From Hyalangium minutum (GTDB lineage: Bacteria > Myxococcota > Myxococcia > Myxococcales > Myxococcaceae), in contig NZ_JMCB01000008.1 in the NCBI RefSeq assembly GCF_000737315.1, positions 20,001-82,000 of the forward strand: a stretch of 62,000 nucleotides of DNA. The letters are read 5' to 3'. A model generated the notes under the pieces. It was not told the DNA's origin. It was given only the letters and a program-made list of their open reading frames with translations, and searched no databases. The translations under genes and the position numbers were made by a program. Of the stretch, positions 18,485 to 28,013 are shown in pieces. The stretch's first letter is position 1; each line of letters opens with the position of its first letter.

Positions 18485-21010
18485 TCAGGCGCTGCGGATC
18501 TTGCCATCCTGCTTGGACGAGGACGCCACCACCAGCGGGCCCGTCTTCGAGCCTCCCGCCAGCGCTCCAGCCGGGTACTGCGGACGGGCGTGGTAGATGC
18601 CCTCGAGCGTGTGGAGAAACGAGCCGGCGATCCGGTTCAGGTCCTTCAGCGTCAGATCGCACTCGTCCAGCTGGCCCTCGGAGAAGATGAGGTTGATCAT
18701 CTTCTGCACCTGCGCCTGGAGCTTCGGCGAGCTCGGCTCGGGCATGGCGCGCGTGGAGGCCTCCACCGCGTCCGCGATCATCACCAGCGCCGCCTCGCGG
18801 AACTGGGGCTTGGGGCCCGGGTAGCGGAAGATGCTCTCGTCGATGGGCTGAGGGTTCTCCTTGCCCTCCTGCTCCTTCACCGCCTTGTGGAAGAAGTAGC
18901 CCACCAGCCGCGTGCCGTGGTGCTGAGGGATTGCGTCCGCCACCAGCTTGGGCAGCCGGTAGTGCCGCGCCATCTCCAGGCCCTCCGTCACATGGCGCTT
19001 GATGATGACCGCGCTCATGGCCGGCGCCAGCGTGTCGTGCCGGTTATCGCCCTTCTGGTTCTCGCCGAAGTAGAGCGGGTTCCGGCCCTTTCCAATGTCG
19101 TGGTAGTACGCGCACGAGCGCGCCAGCAGCGGGTTGGCCCCAATGGCCTCCGCCGCGTTCTCCACCAGCGTCCCGATGATGATCGAGTGGTGGTAGGTGC
19201 CCGGCGCCTGGACGATGAGCTCCTTGAGCGCCGGGTGGTTCAGGTTGGCCAGCTCCAGCAGCTTGATGTCCGAGGCGTAGCCGAACGTGGCCTCGATGAG
19301 CGGCGTGAGCGCCATCACCATCACCGGCACCGCGAACGCCGTGCCCAGGAAGGCGAACAGCGCCGTGAGCGCCGTGTCTCCCGTGAGCCCCTTGCCCTCC
19401 ACCATGAAGAGGCACAGCACCGCCACCAGGTTCACGATCCCGGTGATGAGGCCCGCCTTGAAGATGCCCACCCTGTCTCTCGCCCGCGTGATCCGGTCGG
19501 CAGCCACCAGCGCGCCCACCAGGGAGTAGACGCCGAACGACAGCGAGTTGCCCAGCATCACCCCCGCCAGGCACGCCAGCACGACGGCGAAGAAGAGCGA
19601 CAGCTCCTCGGACAGGACGAAGCGCACCAGCATTGCGCCAGCCGCCACTGGGAAGGCGTAGTACAGCGCCTCGATGGGCAGCGCCGTGTAGCGATCCTGC
19701 ACCGCGTCAGCGATGGACACCCAGAGCTGCAGCAGCCCCAGCATCACCACCAGCCAGAGCCCCAGCAGCACCCCATCCTTGCGCGTAGGCCGGAACCGCC
19801 GGAACGCCGTGCGGCAGAACACGAACGAGGCCGAGATCAGCAGCGCCACCAGCCCCGTGCCCCCCACCTGGAGCTGCAGCAGATCCAGTTGGTCCGTCTG
19901 CGCGCGCATCCCCTTGAGGATGATGAGGTGCGTCTCGTTCACCAGCTCGCCGTCGCCGATGACGCGCTGCCCCTTCTTCAAGGAGATGATGGAATCCTTC
20001 ACCGCCCCGGCCGCCTTCAGGCGCCGCGCGTTCGTCTCCGCGATGTTGATGGTGAGATCCGGCCGCACCAGCCGCTTGGCCAGCCGCAGCACCGCCCGGC
20101 GCTGAATACCCGGCGCGTCCGGCAGCAGGTTGCCCGGGATGGACGCGAACCGATCCATCTCCGTGTAGGCCTCGCGCGTGTCCATCACGTTCGCCGCGTT
20201 GCCCGGCAGCATCTGCTCCCCGCTGTGGCGCACATCCCGGACCGTGATGCCCTGAGGCCCCTCGCGCAGCAGTTCCTCGCGCGAGCCGGCGATGTAGAGC
20301 GGCCCCCGCTCCGAGCCATACGCGCGCTCCAGGAGCACCAGCGTGGCCGCCTCGGCTTCCTCGGAGAACCCGTTGGACAGCAGCGCCAGGAAGTCCTCCG
20401 CCTCCACCGCCGTGTCCCGCTGGCGGAAGAGCAGTTCCTGGAAGTCGCCCTGCATCACCTCGCGCTCTTTGCGCTGGCGCTCCAGCTCCTCGGGCGTGGG
20501 CGGAACGGGCTTCTTCGGCTTGGGCGCCGGCGCCCCCTTCCGCGCATCGCCGTCCTTGCGTACCTCTGGCTCCCCTTCCCCACCTGGGCCACTCGTCTCG
20601 GCGGTCCGGGTGGCCAGATGGACGCGCATCGCCGCGAAGGCCCGCTTCACCGAGCCGCGGACCTGATCCACGACGGCGGGGTTCAAGTCATACACGGGCA
20701 GCACGGAGTTGCGGGCCTCCTGGCGCCGCTGATCCGTCATTGCACTGTGAGTGACTTCGTAGTCACGGCCCGCCTTGAAGCCCGCGGGCGAGTTGGCCCG
20801 GAAGGGCTTGCCCAGCGAGGCCTCCGTGAGTGCGGGGATCTGCTGGCTGTAGAGCCCGGGGGAGATGACGAAGCCAGCGGCCACGGACACCCCGAGCAAC
20901 AGCACGGCGAGGCTCAGGCGGCGGCCCCAGGCTTTGTCTTCCACCCCCAGACGCCGCATCAGCGCGTCCAGGGGGCTCGGCCTGGGGGTAGAGGGTTCCG
21001 TTTCGGCCAT
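18485..21010 (-). CDS. 7TM-HD phosphohydrolase (PgpH/YqfF-type)
   Basis: N-terminal TM, large extracytoplasmic domain, about 7 TM helices, then an HD domain (HHS...YYHDIGK...HVTEG...QHHGT...MIADAVEA). Sits in the conserved phoH-HD-ybeY order. Confidence 0.92.
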   Translation of the reverse strand: MAETEPSTPRPSPLDALMRRLGVEDKAWGRRLSLAVLLLGVSVAAGFVISPGLYSQQIPALTEASLGKPFRANSPAGFKAGRDYEVTHSAMTDQRRQEARNSVLPVYDLNPAVVDQVRGSVKRAFAAMRVHLATRTAETSGPGGEGEPEVRKDGDARKGAPAPKPKKPVPPTPEELERQRKEREVMQGDFQELLFRQRDTAVEAEDFLALLSNGFSEEAEAATLVLLERAYGSERGPLYIAGSREELLREGPQGITVRDVRHSGEQMLPGNAANVMDTREAYTEMDRFASIPGNLLPDAPGIQRRAVLRLAKRLVRPDLTINIAETNARRLKAAGAVKDSIISLKKGQRVIGDGELVNETHLIILKGMRAQTDQLDLLQLQVGGTGLVALLISASFVFCRTAFRRFRPTRKDGVLLGLWLVVMLGLLQLWVSIADAVQDRYTALPIEALYYAFPVAAGAMLVRFVLSEELSLFFAVVLACLAGVMLGNSLSFGVYSLVGALVAADRITRARDRVGIFKAGLITGIVNLVAVLCLFMVEGKGLTGDTALTALFAFLGTAFAVPVMVMALTPLIEATFGYASDIKLLELANLNHPALKELIVQAPGTYHHSIIIGTLVENAAEAIGANPLLARSCAYYHDIGKGRNPLYFGENQKGDNRHDTLAPAMSAVIIKRHVTEGLEMARHYRLPKLVADAIPQHHGTRLVGYFFHKAVKEQEGKENPQPIDESIFRYPGPKPQFREAALVMIADAVEASTRAMPEPSSPKLQAQVQKMINLIFSEGQLDECDLTLKDLNRIAGSFLHTLEGIYHARPQYPAGALAGGSKTGPLVVASSSKQDGKIRSA

Positions 21011-21052
21011 GGAACCCCGACCCTATGCAACCCGGGACCGCCCTATCAAGGA

Positions 21053-21077
21053 CGCAGGGCCTCTCCAGGCCCCTGCG
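21053..21077. other. Imperfect GC-rich hairpin in the phoH / 7TM-HD gap
   Basis: CGCAGGGCCT-CTCC-AGGCCCCTGCG: a 10-bp stem with one bulge and no U tract. Confidence 0.4.
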
Positions 21078-21118
21078 CCGGTCGCCAGGAAGCTGGCCAA
21101 ACGGCCAACCCCTTGAAA

Positions 21119-22222
21119 TCACGTGGCGATGGGCTCTTCTTCGACTTCAGGCGTCTCGGGCTCCGAGGGGTCCTGCGCCTCGACGGCAGCCGCTTCCTTG
21201 GACGCCTCGGCCTTGGCCACCTCGAACTTGTCGTAAGCCCGGATGACTTCCTGGACGAGGGGGTGGCGTACCACATCCACCTCCGAGAACTCGGAGAAGC
21301 AGATGCCTTCGATGTTCCGGAGGATGGACCGGGCGTGGTTCAGGCCGGACATCTTCCCCACGGGCAGGTCCACCTGCGTCACGTCACCCGTCACCACGGC
21401 CTTGCTGTTGTAGCCCAGGCGCGTGAGGAACATCTTCATCTGCTCGACGGTGGTGTTCTGCGCCTCGTCGAGGATGACGAACGCGTCATTGAGCGTGCGG
21501 CCGCGCATGAAGGCCAGCGGGGCCACTTCGATGACGCCCTGCTCCACGAGCGCCGAGGCACGGTCTCCCGCCATCATGTCGTGCAGCGCGTCATAGAGCG
21601 GCCGCAGGTACGGGTTCACCTTCTCCGCCAGGTCTCCGGGCAGGAAGCCGAGCTTCTCGCCCGCCTCCACCGCCGGCCGAGCCAGGATGATGCGCTTGAC
21701 CTTGCGCTCCTGGAGGAAGGCGACGGCCATGGCCATGGCCAGGTAGGTTTTTCCCGTACCGGCCGGGCCAATGCCGAAGACGATGTCGTGGGAGCGGATG
21801 GCCTCCACGTAGCGCTTCTGGGCAATGCTCTTGGGAGCAATCTGGCGGTTGCCGGAGCTCTTGAGGACAGGGCCCAGCATGACTTCGCCCAGGGACTCGG
21901 CACCGCCGCGGCCCAGGACCTTGATGGCCTGCTCCACGTCCTCGCGGTACACGGTGCGTCCGGCGCGGATCATCTCCTCGAGGTTCTCCACGAGGCGCAC
22001 AGCGAAGGCCACCGCATCCGAAGGGCCGGACAGGAGCAGCTCGGTGCCGCGCTGTCCCACACGCACGCCGAGGCGCCGCTCCATCAACTTCAGGTTTTCA
22101 TTCTGGTTGCCGCACAGCGCCAAGGCGGTCTGATTGTCCTGAACATCGACCTTGGCAGAGGTGGGGCGGACGGCGGGCGCTTCCAACGTGGCAGGGTTTC
22201 TCAAGTAGGTCCGTTCCTCCAT
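21119..22222 (-). CDS. phoH: PhoH-family ATPase (YbeZ)
   Basis: N-terminal KH-like segment, Walker [35 protein letters not shown] and DEAQN motifs. TTG at 22204, after GGAGGA, may be the real start. Confidence 0.95.
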   Translation of the reverse strand: MEERTYLRNPATLEAPAVRPTSAKVDVQDNQTALALCGNQNENLKLMERRLGVRVGQRGTELLLSGPSDAVAFAVRLVENLEEMIRAGRTVYREDVEQAIKVLGRGGAESLGEVMLGPVLKSSGNRQIAPKSIAQKRYVEAIRSHDIVFGIGPAGTGKTYLAMAMAVAFLQERKVKRIILARPAVEAGEKLGFLPGDLAEKVNPYLRPLYDALHDMMAGDRASALVEQGVIEVAPLAFMRGRTLNDAFVILDEAQNTTVEQMKMFLTRLGYNSKAVVTGDVTQVDLPVGKMSGLNHARSILRNIEGICFSEFSEVDVVRHPLVQEVIRAYDKFEVAKAEASKEAAAVEAQDPSEPETPEVEEEPIAT

Positions 22223-22290
22223 TCAGCTCACTATCCCGGACTCAACGTAACGTCGGCCCCTGACCCGGGAAAGGGAGGCAGGCGAGCGGG

Positions 22291-23463
22291 CTACTGGAGG
22301 GGAGGCAGCAACACGAACTCCCGAGCAGCCAGCCGGCGGTAATAGTACTGCTCCCGCCAGGGGTAACGCAGCTCTTCTGGCTTTAACAGCCCGGCCTCCA
22401 CCAGCGCATCCAACTTCTCGGGCAGCTCTCCCCGCTCCAGGCGGAACACCTCCAGCGCGGCCTCAATCCGCTTGACTTGGGCACGGGAGATGAAGCGCTC
22501 GGCCGCTGGGTCGGAGAACGTGGAGGCAGGCGTGCTGGCCAATGAGATGGCGCCCGAGAGCTGGGCCACCACGAAGAGGATGGCACCCAGGGCGGCCATG
22601 CTGGCGCTGAGGTTGCCGAGGCCCCGGCCCACCTTCTGGATGACGCCGTTGCGCTCGGTCGTGGTCCCCGCACCATCCGCCGAGGAGGGCTTGATGTACT
22701 GCAGGTTGATCAGGTTGAGCAGGGCCTTGCAGGTCTCGAACTCGCCCAGGCAGCAGATGTCGATCAGCTTCCGGACGTCGCGGCCCGGACCGACCTTCTC
22801 GTAGACGGCGCGCTCGGAGTCGCCCACGGACGCGAAGTCACCCTTGTTCTCGTCCTTCTTCTTCTCCGCGAACGCGTCATCGAAGGCCGCGTCGAAGTCC
22901 ACCTCTTGCTTGCGAGGGGGCGGCAGCGGCTTGAGCGTCTCGAAGGTCGTCTCGTACCGGTTGATCTTCTTTCGGATCACCGGCCATTCGTCGACCATCC
23001 GGAAGCCTTCCATCAGCACCGACTCGGCACGCAGGGGCGTAATGGCCTCCGAGTCGTTCTCGACGGGCTCCGCCTTGAACTCGTAGGTGCCCGCGTCCCA
23101 GCTGAAGAGGCGGTAGATGGTCTCCGTCGCCTGCAACTGCATCATCTTCTTGAAGCGGTCGGCGGTGATGGCGCCGCTGGAGACGAGCACGTCCCCGAGC
23201 CGCTTCAAGGTGCGGCGCTGTGTCTCCAGCGCCTCGTCGAGCTGAGCCTCGGTGATGATCTCGGCCCGGACGAGCATGCTGCCGATGAGGTCCTTCTTCT
23301 TACGGGTGACGCTCTCCACCCGGGCGATGTTGCCGTCCTTGAAGAAGATGTTGACCTCCTGCTCCTTGTTGGCCAGGCAGAGCTGCCCTGTCTTCTGCTG
23401 CTGGCCAATGAGCTGCAGGATGTCGGCGATTCCGAAGTCCTTGAGGGTTCCCTGAAGAGCCAT
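22291..23463 (-). CDS. DUF4388 (PatA-N-like) membrane protein with a C-terminal GspG-like segment
   Basis: MALQGTLKDFGIADILQLIGQQQKTGQL...IYRLFSWDAGTYEF is the DUF4388 pattern. One TM near aa 285-305. The tail LEVFRLERGELP...L..LV....PW...YYY resembles T2SS pseudopilin G. Confidence 0.8.
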   Translation of the reverse strand: MALQGTLKDFGIADILQLIGQQQKTGQLCLANKEQEVNIFFKDGNIARVESVTRKKKDLIGSMLVRAEIITEAQLDEALETQRRTLKRLGDVLVSSGAITADRFKKMMQLQATETIYRLFSWDAGTYEFKAEPVENDSEAITPLRAESVLMEGFRMVDEWPVIRKKINRYETTFETLKPLPPPRKQEVDFDAAFDDAFAEKKKDENKGDFASVGDSERAVYEKVGPGRDVRKLIDICCLGEFETCKALLNLINLQYIKPSSADGAGTTTERNGVIQKVGRGLGNLSASMAALGAILFVVAQLSGAISLASTPASTFSDPAAERFISRAQVKRIEAALEVFRLERGELPEKLDALVEAGLLKPEELRYPWREQYYYRRLAAREFVLLPPLQ

Positions 23464-23475
23464 GGTGTTTCGGCA

Positions 23476-25710
23476 CTACTCCGCCTGGCGCTTGCGCAGC
23501 CCGCGCAGCGTCAAGAGATAGAGAGGAAGGATCAGCAGCGCGGCCGGGAGGATCTTCAGATACACCGGAGCCTCGCCATACGGGGGTGGGAACAAGCCGT
23601 CACGCAAGAACACGACGGACAGGGCCAGCAGGAACAAGAAGCTGTAGATGGCCCCGCGGATGGGCAGCCCGGAGAAGATGTGGCCCGCTCCGGATATCAG
23701 TGCCCCGAGCGCCAGGGCCAACCGGCCCATCCACGTCTGGTGGCGCTGGACCTCGGCCTGCTTGCGGGCCCGGAGCTGCTCGGGCACCACGCCCTTGCGG
23801 GCGAAGACGTTGGTGCACTGGCTGCACATGAACGCGCCCCGGCCCAGCTCCGGATCGCAGCGGCGGCACACCGGACGGCCGCACTTGTCGCAGGACTTCG
23901 TCGCCACCAGCCGGTCCCGGGCGTAGCCCCACGCGAAGAAGATCAGCGCGAAGACGAAGGGGTACACGCGCGCGACCATGCCCGAGGCCCCCAGCAGCAC
24001 GCGATCGAGCTGGGTCTCCACACGCTCGCTGGAGGTCGAGCCATCCGCCAGGGCCAGAACCTCGCCCATGGGAAGCGTCGGAGACAGCAGGAGCAGGTTC
24101 ACCAGGAGGCGGTCGTCCTTGGGGAGATCCCGCTGCAGAAGGTCGGGATCCAGCCGCTGCGCCACATCCATGGTCTGCTTGGCGCGCTCCAGCGCGGCGC
24201 CCACCTGGGCATCCGGCAGCCCACGGGCCTGGTGCCGATAGAGCAGCGCCAGATTGTAGGGAGCGGCCGCGAGCGAGCCATCCGCCTGCTGCGCCTCCTG
24301 GTAGAGCCGCGTGGCGCCCTCCATGTCCTCGGCGGCCAGCAGCACGTTGCCGTAGTTGGTGAGCAGCAGGGCGTTGCGCTGCTTCAGGGCCGCCGCCGCC
24401 TTGTAGGCCGAGGCGGCCTCCTGGAGCTGCCCCCGGCGGGCCTGGTAGCGCCCGAGCGCGAACAGCTCCGCGAAGGTGGCCTCCTTGTTGGCCTGGCGCT
24501 CGAGCACCCGCGCCGCCGCGTCATCGCCGGTGAAGCCGCCGCGCTCCAGCAGGTACACGTCCTCGGCCACCGTGCCCGCGAAAGCGGTGACACCGGCCAG
24601 CTGGCCCGCGGCCAGAGGAATGGCCCCGACCAGCGCCAGCAGCACCGCCGCCACGGCGCGCTCGGTCACCGTCAGGTAGAGCGCCGTCGCCGCGAACAGC
24701 ACGAGCAGCACCGGCACCACCCCCAGCCCCAGCAGCAGCGGCGTGAGCAGCACCGCCGCCGCCACCGCGATGGACTGGATGCGGCCCAGCCCGCGCGGGA
24801 ACAGGTGGTGGAAGTCATGAAGGATGTAGCGCAGCCGCTTGCCGAAGAGCACGCCCACCACCGCCACCGCCGTGGCCAGCAGCGCCAGCAGCGCCATGGC
24901 CCCCACGTTCGCCAGCGCCGGCCGCCAGAAGCGAGGATCCTTCACCATCGCGCTGACGCCCGCTTGGACTTCGCCCACGTAGTTGCCCACGGCGCCCAGG
25001 TTGTTGCGCGCATAGGCATCCGCCAGCGCGAAGTGCGCGTACGGCAGGTTCGGCGAGAGCGACACCGCGGCCTCGGCCAGCTTGATGGCCCGGCCCGTGT
25101 CCTTGGCCTTGAGCTTCTCCTGAGACTCCCTCAGCAAGCTCACGCTGAAGGCGTCGAAATCGGTCGCGGACACCTCGTCTCGCAGCTGGAGCAGGGCCAT
25201 GCGCCCCTTCTCCGCCTCTGCCGCGTCTCCCTTCTGCCGGGACTCCTTCCAGCGATTCCAGACCAACAGCAGATCCGCGTCCGAGATGCGCGGCGCCAGC
25301 AGGGGCGGCGGAGGCGCCCGGGTCGGCTCGGGGGGCTTCGCGGGCGTGGCCGTGCCGGGCACTCCCGTTGGAGTCCCTTCCGGGCTTCCCGGTGCCGGGA
25401 CCGGGGTGGGAGAGGCGGGCGTGCCCGGCTTCTTCAGATCCGGCGGAGGCGGAGCCTCGGCCTCAGCGTCGGGGTCGGCCTCCTCTTCCTCGTCGCGCTG
25501 GGCCTTGGCGCCCTTGCCCTTCTTCTTCTTCTTGGGCGGCGGATCCTCATCCTCGTAGGCGGAGTCGTCCGAGTCGCTGTCCGAGCTGACGTCGGGATCC
25601 ACCTCCTGGAGAGGCGTGGGCGTGTCGATCTGCGCGTTCGCCCTCACGGCCGTGAGCAGCGAAAGGCAGAAGAGCACCGGGAGGAGACGAGAACAAAAGG
25701 AGTGAGGCAT
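23476..25710 (-). CDS. TPR-containing multi-pass membrane protein with a Cys-rich zinc-finger-like motif
   Basis: Signal peptide MPHSFCSRLLPVLFCLSLLTAVRANA, acidic/Lys/Pro-rich linker, TPR-like helices (LPYAHFALADAY; LLTNYGNVLL; AAPYNLALLY), several TM helices and CDKC..PVC..C...C..C. Start taken at ATG 25710. Confidence 0.8.
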   Translation of the reverse strand: MPHSFCSRLLPVLFCLSLLTAVRANAQIDTPTPLQEVDPDVSSDSDSDDSAYEDEDPPPKKKKKGKGAKAQRDEEEEADPDAEAEAPPPPDLKKPGTPASPTPVPAPGSPEGTPTGVPGTATPAKPPEPTRAPPPPLLAPRISDADLLLVWNRWKESRQKGDAAEAEKGRMALLQLRDEVSATDFDAFSVSLLRESQEKLKAKDTGRAIKLAEAAVSLSPNLPYAHFALADAYARNNLGAVGNYVGEVQAGVSAMVKDPRFWRPALANVGAMALLALLATAVAVVGVLFGKRLRYILHDFHHLFPRGLGRIQSIAVAAAVLLTPLLLGLGVVPVLLVLFAATALYLTVTERAVAAVLLALVGAIPLAAGQLAGVTAFAGTVAEDVYLLERGGFTGDDAAARVLERQANKEATFAELFALGRYQARRGQLQEAASAYKAAAALKQRNALLLTNYGNVLLAAEDMEGATRLYQEAQQADGSLAAAPYNLALLYRHQARGLPDAQVGAALERAKQTMDVAQRLDPDLLQRDLPKDDRLLVNLLLLSPTLPMGEVLALADGSTSSERVETQLDRVLLGASGMVARVYPFVFALIFFAWGYARDRLVATKSCDKCGRPVCRRCDPELGRGAFMCSQCTNVFARKGVVPEQLRARKQAEVQRHQTWMGRLALALGALISGAGHIFSGLPIRGAIYSFLFLLALSVVFLRDGLFPPPYGEAPVYLKILPAALLILPLYLLTLRGLRKRQAE

Positions 25711-25858
25711 CCGGACTTTCGATGATAGGCGAGGCCCCCGAACGGCGAAAGCAATCGCCCCCCTCCCGCCCCCTGGCTTACCGGGTAGGCGGCCATTTCC
25801 GGGGATCGAGCAGCCAAGCCCTGGCAGAGACCAGGCCGGTTCGGAGGTTGGTCCACAC

Positions 25859-27034
25859 ATGAGCGCAAGTGGGTCGGAGCTGGAACGGTTGGTGCGGATC
25901 ATGGAGCGCCTACGGGCCGATGGGGGCTGCCCCTGGGACCGGGAGCAGGACCTGCGCTCGATGCGCCCCTACCTCGTCGAGGAGACCTTCGAGGTGCTCG
26001 ATGAGATGGACCGGGTGGCCTACGGCGGGCCGTGGCGCTCGCTGTGCGAGGAGCTGGGAGATCTCCTCTTCCAGATCGTCTTCCACGCCCAGCTGGCGGC
26101 CGAGAAGGGCGAGTTCACCATGGCCGACGTCTGCCGCGCCATCAGCGACAAGATCGAGAGCCGCCACCCCCACGTCTTCGGCCAGCGCGAGGTGAAGGGC
26201 TCCGAGGAGGTCCTCTTCAACTGGGCCAAGCTCAAGGCCGAGGAGAAGAAGCGCAAGACGGGCCGGGAGGGCTCGGTGCTCGACGGCGTGCCCACCGCCG
26301 CCCCCGGCCTGCTGCGCGCCGAGCGCCTCACCGAGAAGGCCAGCCGCATCGGCTTCGACTGGCCGGACGTCGCGGGCGTGCGCGCCAAGCTCGACGAGGA
26401 GCTGCGCGAGCTGGACGAGGCCATTGCCTCCGGCAACCGGGACGAGCTCGAGCACGAGCTGGGCGATGTCCTCTTCTCCCTGGCCAACCTGGGCCGCTTC
26501 CTCAAGACGCCGCCCGAGGACGCCCTGCGCATGGCCATCCGCCGCTTCATCACCCGCTTCCAGCACATTGAATCCGCGCTGAAGGCCGAGGGCGTCCCCC
26601 TAGGTGAGGCCACATTGGAGCACATGGAGCGACACTGGCAGGCAGCCAAGAAGGCGGAGAAGGCCCTGCCGCCCCCCGCTTCCCTGCCCCGGGCGCCGCT
26701 CACCTCGCTGCGGTTCTCCGTGCCGGACGTGAAGGCGCAGAAGGCGTTCTGGGACACCGTGGCGCCGCTGATCGGCTGGCGAAGCGAGCGCGGCACTCCG
26801 GGCGAGGCCCACTACGGCGATGGGGCCCTGCGCCTGGAGTTCGCTCCAGGAGCGGGCTCGGGAGCCTCCGCAGGCGCTGCGCCCACGCTGTCCCTGGGGG
26901 CACCGTCTGATCGGGCGCTGAAGCGGCTCCGGGAGGCACTGGAGGCCTCGCACCCGGGGGCAGTACAGACGGCCGAGCCCTCACGGATCCGGTTCCGGGA
27001 CCCGGCCGGACTGCTCTGGGACTACACCGCGTAG
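25859..27034 (+). CDS. mazG: Nucleoside triphosphate pyrophosphohydrolase MazG with a C-terminal VOC/glyoxalase-like extension
   Basis: GCPWDREQ, EETFEVLD, EELGDLLFQ, RHPHVF and a second repeat EELREL/ELGDVLF. About 110 extra C-terminal aa end in RFRDPAG. Confidence 0.93.
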   Translation: MSASGSELERLVRIMERLRADGGCPWDREQDLRSMRPYLVEETFEVLDEMDRVAYGGPWRSLCEELGDLLFQIVFHAQLAAEKGEFTMADVCRAISDKIESRHPHVFGQREVKGSEEVLFNWAKLKAEEKKRKTGREGSVLDGVPTAAPGLLRAERLTEKASRIGFDWPDVAGVRAKLDEELRELDEAIASGNRDELEHELGDVLFSLANLGRFLKTPPEDALRMAIRRFITRFQHIESALKAEGVPLGEATLEHMERHWQAAKKAEKALPPPASLPRAPLTSLRFSVPDVKAQKAFWDTVAPLIGWRSERGTPGEAHYGDGALRLEFAPGAGSGASAGAAPTLSLGAPSDRALKRLREALEASHPGAVQTAEPSRIRFRDPAGLLWDYTA

Positions 27035-27044
27035 AACGAGCACC

Positions 27045-27073
27045 TTGACGCTCGGGGGACCTCGCTGTAGGTA
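27045..27073 (+). promoter_or_regulatory. Putative sigma70-type promoter of rpsT
   Basis: TTGACG-N17-TAGGTA, with the -10 ending about 54 nt upstream of the start codon. Confidence 0.5.
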
Positions 27074-27126
27074 CGCCCCCCTCTTTTCAGGTTTCAGGAT
27101 TCCACAGCAGTCCGTTGGAGATTACC

Positions 27127-27402
27127 TTGGCGAACACCAAGTCCGCAGAGAAGCGTAACCGTCAGGCCCAGAAGCGCCGCGCTCGCAACACCACCGTGCG
27201 CACCACCGTCAAGACCGCCCTGAAGAAGGCCCGCGAGACCATCGCGACCAAGGACGCGGCGAAGACCCCGGACGCCCTGAAGGACGCCATCCGCACGCTG
27301 AACAAGGCCGCCTCCAAGGGCGTGATTCACCCGCGCAACGCCTCGCGCCGCATCGCCCGCCTGACCAAGGCCGCCCAGGCCTCCAAGGCCGCGACCAAGT
27401 AA
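27127..27402 (+). CDS. rpsT: 30S ribosomal protein S20
   Basis: TTG start after GGAG. MANTKSAEKRNRQ...KGVIHPRNASRRIARL. Confidence 0.97.
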   Translation: MANTKSAEKRNRQAQKRRARNTTVRTTVKTALKKARETIATKDAAKTPDALKDAIRTLNKAASKGVIHPRNASRRIARLTKAAQASKAATK

Positions 27403-27448
27403 TCCTGCCGCTGTCCTGTGCTGCTCCGAAGCGCTCCTCGCGGGCGCT

Positions 27449-27964
27449 TCACCAGTTGCGGGCCAGCCGCTCGTAGGCCTCGCGCATCAGCGTCTCCGAG
27501 AGACGGTGGAGCGCGGCCTGGCGGTTGGCCTCGGCTTCCAGCACATCACCGCTGCCCGGGAGGTAGTCCTCCGTGCCGGACACGCTCGTGTCCGCGAGGA
27601 CTTGCTCGCCCTTGAGCAGCCGGAGGCGCACCTCCGCGAAGGCCCGGTAGCTGGCCAGCTGCGCCGGCGTCTCCGGTGTGGGCTCGGTGACGATCGTCGG
27701 CGAGCTGTTCACGTTCGTCACCACCCCTTCGAGGCGGGCCTCGCAGATGCCCCCATCCCCCAGTGTCCCCACGCGCAGCAGTTCCTGGCGCATCGCCTGG
27801 GTGAAGAGCGTCTCCAGGCCCGGCTCGGGGGTCTCGTTCTGGAAGACGGGGGCGCAGACGGAGCGCACGCCCTCGGGCAGCGTCGTCTCGCGAGGCACGA
27901 AGCGGTAGCCGCACCCCAGTCCCGCCACGAGCACCGCCGCCAGCGCCACACAGAGCCGAGCCAT
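27449..27964 (-). CDS. lptE: LPS assembly lipoprotein LptE
   Basis: Lipobox LAGLG-C18 followed by GY, APVFQNET.EPGLE, and a location downstream of leuS as in the common leuS-lptE order. Confidence 0.8.
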   Translation of the reverse strand: MARLCVALAAVLVAGLGCGYRFVPRETTLPEGVRSVCAPVFQNETPEPGLETLFTQAMRQELLRVGTLGDGGICEARLEGVVTNVNSSPTIVTEPTPETPAQLASYRAFAEVRLRLLKGEQVLADTSVSGTEDYLPGSGDVLEAEANRQAALHRLSETLMREAYERLARNW

Positions 27965-28013
27965 GGCGCTCACAGTATCGGGCTGCGATCGCCGGTCAAG
28001 CGCCCGAGCCCAC

